Shown: positions 51,037-57,247 of the stretch, one piece after another
Numbering within the stretch: position 1 is the first letter of the stretch
Layout: each line of letters begins with the position of its first letter
Assembly: GCF_001194135.2 (NCBI RefSeq)
Contig: NC_068982.1
Span: forward strand, 61,916,725-61,973,971
Origin: Octopus bimaculoides
Lineage: Eukaryota
Direction: 5' to 3'
DNA length: 57,247 bases
Translations under genes and position numbers: made by a program
The notes under the pieces: model-generated
What the model was told of the DNA's origin: nothing
Seen by the model: the letters and a program-made list of their open reading frames with translations, nothing else
Databases searched by the model: none

Positions 51037-51356
51037 ATAAAACAAAGACTGGAAAGTTTGGTATAGCTTTAAAAATATTTCACAAATAACTTGACATAAA
51101 AACACAATTATGTGTATCATTACATATGCGACTATTTTTTCATCTTTTATCTTTTACTTGTTTCAATCATTAGATTGCAGCCATGCTATGGCACTGCCTC
51201 AAAGAAGTTTTAGCTGAACAAATCAATCTTAGTACTTTTTTTAAAGCCTGTTACTTACTTTATTGTCTCTTTTGCCACACAAAGTGACAGGTATGTTAAC
51301 AAATCAGCACTGGTTGTCAAGCATCGGTGGGGGACAAACACAAAAGCACACACATA

Positions 51357-51396
<40 letters not shown>

Positions 51397-51554
51397 GGAC
51401 TCTTCTCACTTTCCGTCTATCAAATCCACTCGCAGGGCTTTGGTTGGCCGAAGGCTATAGTAGAAGATAATCTGATAGCTCTGAGTTAGCAAGAAATGAA
51501 AAAATATTGAAAAAAGTGAAAAGGGTACAGTGAACTTGCCGTGAAGAGTGGAAT

Positions 51555-51586
51555 ATCTGTTTCGGATTCAATCCTTTGTCAGGGGG
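51555..51586 (-). ncRNA. Decayed hammerhead motif, left arm of element II
   Basis: CCCC-CTGACAA-A-GGA ttgaa TCC-GAAAC-AGAT; cleavage triplet deleted. Confidence 0.5.
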
Positions 51587-51673
51587 CAGAGAAAAAGAGA
51601 AGAAAAGGAAAAAAAAGTCAGAGTTTACATTCAGTCACCTTGACTTTTTCTCCTTTTCTACTCTTTTTCTCTG

Positions 51674-51711
51674 CTCCATGATGAAGGAAGGATTGAATCC
51701 AAAACATTGGA
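51674..51711 (+). ncRNA. Decayed hammerhead motif, right arm of element II
   Basis: CTCC-ATGATGA-AGGAAGGA ttgaa TCC-AAAAC-ATT-GGA. Confidence 0.5.
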
Positions 51712-51949
51712 TATTCCACTCCCCATGACAAGTTCACTGTAACCCTTTTACTTTTTTCGATATAATTGAAGATACTTGTTCAAGATGCTATGCAGTGGAA
51801 CTGAACTCAGGACTGTGTGGTAGGGAAGCAAATTTCTTACCACATAGCCATACCGGCACCTATATTCAAGTTTCTTCTTATGTAGAAAGCATAAAATAAA
51901 AATTTTCCCATTTTTCATATTTTCATATCAGCTTTTTACAGTTCGTTTT

Positions 51950-53160
51950 GAACAGTAGAAATTCTAAATCCATATCTAACGTTTCTAAATCCATATCTAA
52001 CGTTTCTAAATCTTTACTACCTCATTATCAAGGATTGAATCGAATATATTTCCTGTTCGTGTTGTTACATATATACTGATTGAATTTATGTAGACTTTCC
52101 CCCTGCAGGTTTTTGACTGTTAGCATTATGCCTCAGCAGTCAGGTATTGATTTGTTTGTTGCGGTCAAATTTTGGCTGTTAGATTTGTTTTAATCTTTTT
52201 ATGTCAGTAGGTACATGTTAATTTTTTTTTTTATTCTTGTATTTGTGCACATTGTATTGCCATATGAGTATGGTTTTTGCTTAATTAATTTTATATTTTT
52301 ATGTAGAATTTTATAAAGTACGCAAATATTTTCCTGAAATATTTTTCTATTGAATTTCATTTTGCAGAGTGTGGTGTAATGTTGTATAATAGCTCCATGT
52401 TGTAAGTGCAAGGTGATCCTACATGAAAGTGTTGTGCCAGTCTGTCAAATATGACTGCTAGAGTCCTGAAGTTTGCAAGTTTTAGTTTAACCGTCAAATT
52501 TATCGAGCATGTTGGTCATCTGCCCTTTGTTCTTCGGCTCACACACTTTTGGTGCGCTACTGATGACAGATTTTAGTGCTTTTGTCATTTTAAGTATATG
52601 ATCGTGTGCGATGCATTTTGTATTGCATTGTACAAGAGTTTTTATTATATGTTCATGTGTTTGTTAGTTTTTGTGCATTTTGTTCGTGTAACAGATTTTA
52701 TATCTAAAAATGGTATTTCATTTGATTATTCTGGGTGTTAAAATTTAGTACAGAGTTGTTTATAGGTCTTCCTTCCATCTCTCAACTTCCTCAAGTGTAT
52801 TCACTACAGCTAATAAATAATCTACCTATCTGTTGTATATAATGTGTTTATGTTTTGGTAATATTCTGTTTTCTATTGTGAATAGGTAGAATGCTGTACA
52901 CATAGGTCCTAGGATGGAATGCATGGTATCTTCATCTATTTGTTTGTATAAATTTCCTTGTGGGCTGCGAAAAAAGGTACTTCAGTTCTCTCCTGATGAC
53001 CCCATACACTTGCTGGCTTCCAGTCTGTGGAGTTCTCAACTGGTAGCACTTGCATGTGCAAGTTGTTTGCAAAACATCTTTATTCTTTTCAATAAGTTTT
53101 CTTGTATCATGGATGGCTTTGTTTAGGGGTGTTTGTATCTTGAGAAGCACCTTTCTCCAA
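51950..53160 (-). mobile_element. Penelope-like element remnant (RT plus GIY-YIG)
   Basis: FRSPQGNLYKQID..M.S.LGP, NNSVLNF and CKLQDSSSHI*QTGTTLSCRITLHLQHGAI match PLE RT and endonuclease motifs. Confidence 0.8.
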
Positions 53161-53591
53161 TAAACACACACACACACACACGCACACACACACACGCACA
53201 CACACACACACACACACACACTATTCTATTTTCTTTGTTATCATTAGTCGCCAAATTCACTAATTTCTCAATTAACTAATTGATTACTTGACTAATCGTT
53301 TGATCAGTTGATCAATCAGACTGCTTTCACTGCTGTGAGTGCGTGTGTGTGTGAGTTACATCAGTGTTTGAGTAATTTTTTGTCTTGTTTAATCAATGTT
53401 TATGTTCACAGATTGTGCCAATGTGATACTGAAATCTAGCTAGAAACAATTAATAACAAAAGACTGGTCTTCCATTGACATTTTGTGAAACTCATGACCA
53501 CCAAATTCATAATGCACATGATCTCTGCTTTATCTGAAAATAAAATATCTATATACTGGTAGCAGGCTCATTGAGAGTAACGAATAATATA

Positions 53592-54465
53592 TCGGAGGTG
53601 GTATCAAAAGGTTCCTGGACTAGTGATGTTTAATAAAAAAATAACTTATTTACCTTAGTTTTAACATCATCTCTTTTGAAATAGTCACCTTGTACCGCAA
53701 TACACTGGTCTCAACAGTCCTGCCACTTTGGGAATCTGACCTGGAAGTCGTTTTTCATAAGCAAGTCAAAGACCTTCTGTGATTCACTCTGGATCTCAAC
53801 AACAGTGTTAAAATGGTGATTTTTGAGCTATATTTCTATCTTGGGGAAGAGATGGAAGTCTGTAAGTGCTAAATATAGTGAAGAGGGCAGGTGCAGAAGT
53901 GATACCACATTGTTTTTGGCAAGAAACTCATGAGTGAGGAGAGCTTAGTAAAGAATCCATTACTTCATGCTCTGCAGATCCCATCGTATTTGCCGAATGT
54001 CCTTCCTCAAACATTTCAAAAACATCACAGTAGAAGTCTTGATTGATGGTCTGATCCTGGGAACGAATTCTTGATGTACAATACCACATTTCTAGAGGTT
54101 ACACTTGTGGCAGTTCTTCCAGATCTCCCATTGTCTTCCTGGGATGTTCATCCGCTTTTGAAATGCCTGTGCCACTCGAAACATTGTGTATGACCTTTTG
54201 TCTCATCACTGTAAGAAGCATGCTGCATGTTTAACACAAGATTTAACGTTGGCTCTTTGTTCCTGACCATGAAAAATCGCTGACTACAACATACACATGA
54301 TCACAAAAAAATACAAATTTCACAACTTGCGAAATAAATGTAGTGATGTCACTCAGCACCCTCCCACATGAAGGGCACTGCTAGCTTTCACTGTGCGCAC
54401 ACCCATGTACTGCCATCTGTTGGCACGCTACAGAACTAGTCCAGGAACATTTTGATGCCACCTTG
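53592..54465 (-). mobile_element. Internally deleted mariner (second family)
   Basis: TIRs GAGGTGGTATCAAAAGGTTCCTGGACTAGT / ACTAGTCCAGGAACATTTTGATGCCACCTTG|TA; C-terminal text WQDC*DQCIAVQGDYF. Confidence 0.88.
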
Positions 54466-54949
54466 TATACCTCATGTGCCAAGCCTGTAAATTAATAAAA
54501 CATATGCAAGATTTTGTCCACTATGTGCAGTTCTTTGGATACAGCCAGAAGAACAGGGTCAGAGTGTTCTAAAAGGTCTGGGAAAGGTTAGAAAACATCA
54601 TAAGAGAAAATACAAATGGATTTTGTCCTCAATGAGGATAAAAATCATGGGATGTGTGAGAAAGAATAAATAAAAAAGTAGAGAAGACAGATTTATGTTA
54701 TGTTATAAAAGTGAAAGGTTTCGAGAAGTAATGTTTATTAATATTGCTCTTAAAAGTGAACTTGGCCATAAATTTAGGAAAGCACTAAGTGATGCTCAAG
54801 ATTAAAGTAATTGAAAAACCAACCTGATCCTTTAGATAAGAGGTCCCCAATCTTATTTGCACAACAGATTGGTTTCATGCAAGACTCCAGTGAGTGGAGA
54901 GGATCATGTGCATAATAAAACACAATGAAGTGCATAGTATATAATGAAA

Positions 54950-54978
54950 TTATATATATATATTTGTGTGTGTGTGTG

Positions 54979-55048
<70 letters not shown>

Positions 55049-55214
55049 AGTTTATTTAAAAGTAAGTTGGTCATCTTCTGTTGGTTGTTTTTCCTCGCAT
55101 TAGGTACTAAATGTGGTTATTTTGAGAAGTCCATTGTGTGGCGTTATCATTTTTCTGTAATAATGCCCTTTATATAAATATATATATACATACATATATA
55201 TATATGTATATATA

Positions 55215-55267
<53 letters not shown>

Positions 55268-55470
55268 CTATATATGTGTATGTATATACGCACATGCAAA
55301 TGAATCGACACGTACCTCCCTCACACACACAACACATACTGATACATACCTGCACACAATTATACATACATGGACATACACACACATGCACATACACGCA
55401 CACACATGCACACACATACACACATACACATGTTATTATTACACACACACACACACACAGAGACCTGCGT
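54950..55470. repeat. (TA)n/(CA)n microsatellites
   Basis: Directly visible. Confidence 0.95.
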
Positions 55471-55623
55471 GCACGCACATACCCACACATATCTCCTTCT
55501 CCTGCACTCTCCTGTCTTAGAAAGAACTTTTTCTTCGCCCATTCCCTTCTGGTCATTTTAAAATATAACCATGTGTGTATCGTTGGCAATTTTCTTCCTC
55601 CGTCTTCCCTTCGACTTTCCTCT

Positions 55624-55658
55624 ATTTCTGATGAAGAGCTTGGCTCGAAACATTAAAT
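55624..55658 (+). ncRNA. Minimal hammerhead motif in a short pyrimidine-rich repeat (about 55490-55750)
   Basis: ATTT-CTGATGA-A-GAGC ttg GCTC-GAAAC-ATT-AAAT. 4-bp stems I and II; one CpG-type change from GAAACGTT. Confidence 0.7.
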
Positions 55659-55899
55659 CCTCTTTGCATCCTTTCTCGAGCGTCTTATAATACAGTACCT
55701 GTACCACGTCCTTGCATTATTGTTCTTTCTTCTTTGTTTGGATTCACTATATGTACATATATATTACATATATAATACACACATAATGCAAAAATATGCT
55801 ACAGACTGCAATAGACAATAAAACAAGAATAAAATTTTAAAATATATTCTTTCTGGGTCACATGGCAGGAAATGACCCATGACCTGGCACTGGTTCAGA

Positions 55900-56530
55900 A
55901 CCCAGTAGTTGGAAATCCCTGTTTTAGACCACAGATAAATTGGACAACATCTTTTGATAGGACCAGCTGTACCAATAATAATTGTACTAACAATACATGT
56001 GGAAATTCCACTGTAAATACAAAATTTCTTAGATGGTTGTAAGTTTATTTAGAGCCATAAAACTCAGTGTTCCTTTATAAATTGTATATTCTGCATAATT
56101 TGCATTTAAAAACTCCTTTCAGTTCTGGATAAGGCTGTAATTGAAGGATCATGACTTTTTCATTCTTTCAGCACTTCAGAGGTTTATTGACAAATCTAAG
56201 AGCTTCACAATGATTACAGAGAATATTCATATCACCAATGTTGTAACTTTCAACCATTTGTTTACAGCTTTTTAGACCTTCTCTCTCAATATCATTTTCT
56301 ATTCTATCTTGAACTCATTCTCTTATCGATTGTAAATACTATATAGTCTTTGATTCGTATTTTCCTTCCTTCAAGCTTATGCTCTTGTGTTTGTTCTTGT
56401 GATTTGACCTGGTTTCTTTACACTGTTGCTTATATCATCTCATCCTTTCTCTTGTTAGCTCACATTGTCCGTCATCCATATTTTATAAATGAATATCAAT
56501 TTTCAAGTGATCATATGATAAATAATTGCA
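55900..56530 (-). mobile_element. Helitron RepHel N-terminal remnant
   Basis: YNIGDMNILCNHCEALRF..KPLKC...LQPYPEL matches the Helitron M...C.HC.AL.F...CC..GKV.L...PP.L motif. Confidence 0.75.
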
Positions 56531-56859
56531 CTTATATGCATGCTTTAAGTGAGAGGTGATTTAAAAAATTTAGTTCAAATAAAAATAACTACAGTTTTCA
56601 CTATCTACTTGCCACTGCCATCTCCACCATTATCATCCGCATCATCATCAACACCAGCACCAGAACATCACCCCTCTGCTAAACATTCTCTTTCTAACTC
56701 CCTTTCTCTATATCACTTTCTTCAAGTAACTTTTTAACCATGTAATAACTACTACGTTTCCCTTATCTCACATCGTTAACACTTCTCTCTTTCTCTTTCT
56801 CTCCATTTTCCCCTTCAACTAATCATGTGACAGCATAATGCATTTCAGCTTCAGCATAT

Positions 56860-57040
56860 TAATATATAGGTGGTATATAAAAGAAATCCTAAGAGAAATT
56901 GTAAAATTAGGAATGGGGTATACCAGATGAAATGTGTAGAAGGTGACTGCAAGACTGCCTCTATAATACATAGAGGTGAAACTACCCTTAGCTTAGCTAA
57001 AGGAATGGAAGGCAGAATTAGAAATAATTCTATTGCTGTT
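56860..57040 (+). mobile_element. Penelope-like GIY-YIG fragment
   Basis: GVYQMKCVEGDCKTASIIHRGETTLSLAKGM. Confidence 0.65.
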
Positions 57041-57247
57041 ACCAGCAGCAGCAGCAGCAACAGCACCACCACCACCACCACCACCACCACCAGATGTAAA
57101 TTCTCCCACCAACAACATAGGTACATGTGTGTGTGTGTGTGTGTGTGTGCAACAACCACTTTTTATGTATGCATATATGTGCATAATCATATATATATAT
57201 AGGTGAAGTATATAATACCTCGTTCAGAGATTTAACATTGCATATAT

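Larger units (their letters stand above)
51470..51767. mobile_element. Foldback element II with decayed hammerheads and a 7-bp TSD
   Basis: Inverted arms 51505-51620 and 51641-51762 (roughly 80% by eye), 20-bp spacer; GAAGATA at 51463-51469 and 51768-51774. Confidence 0.85.
51140..51862 (-). mobile_element. SINE family A interrupted by foldback element II
   Basis: Consensus breaks at GGCTATAGTAGAAGATA and resumes at GAAGATACTTGTTCAAG. Confidence 0.85.

Noticed and set aside
51963-52012. 21-bp tandem duplication TCTAAATCCATATCTAACGTT
   Set aside because: Ordinary local slippage at the edge of a PLE remnant.

Overview
AT-rich, repeat-saturated eukaryotic DNA from a draft assembly. There are 8 N-gaps, nearly all flanked by microsatellites. 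The SINE families, MITEs and microsatellite load look like octopus (coleoid cephalopod) DNA; this is pattern recognition, not a database result. I found no prokaryotic features, CRISPR arrays, rRNA or true tRNA genes. Most listed ORFs are microsatellite or gap artefacts. Decayed transposons I can support: many tRNA-headed SINEs, three RTE-LINE remnants, four Penelope-like (PLE) remnants, a Ty3/gypsy remnant, one full-length and two partial mariners, a hAT transposase plus MITE, two piggyBac-type MITEs and a Helitron remnant. No host gene is recognisable; only low-confidence, phase-compatible exon candidates exist on both strands. The most interesting signal is six minimal hammerhead-ribozyme (HHR) motifs from four unrelated sequence families. 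Four of them sit in two foldback elements (20.5-21.1 kb and 51.5-51.8 kb) that carry one HHR per arm, so a transcript from either strand would contain a sense ribozyme. All alignments and coordinates were done by hand and may be off by a few bases; degenerate element boundaries may be off by tens of bases.
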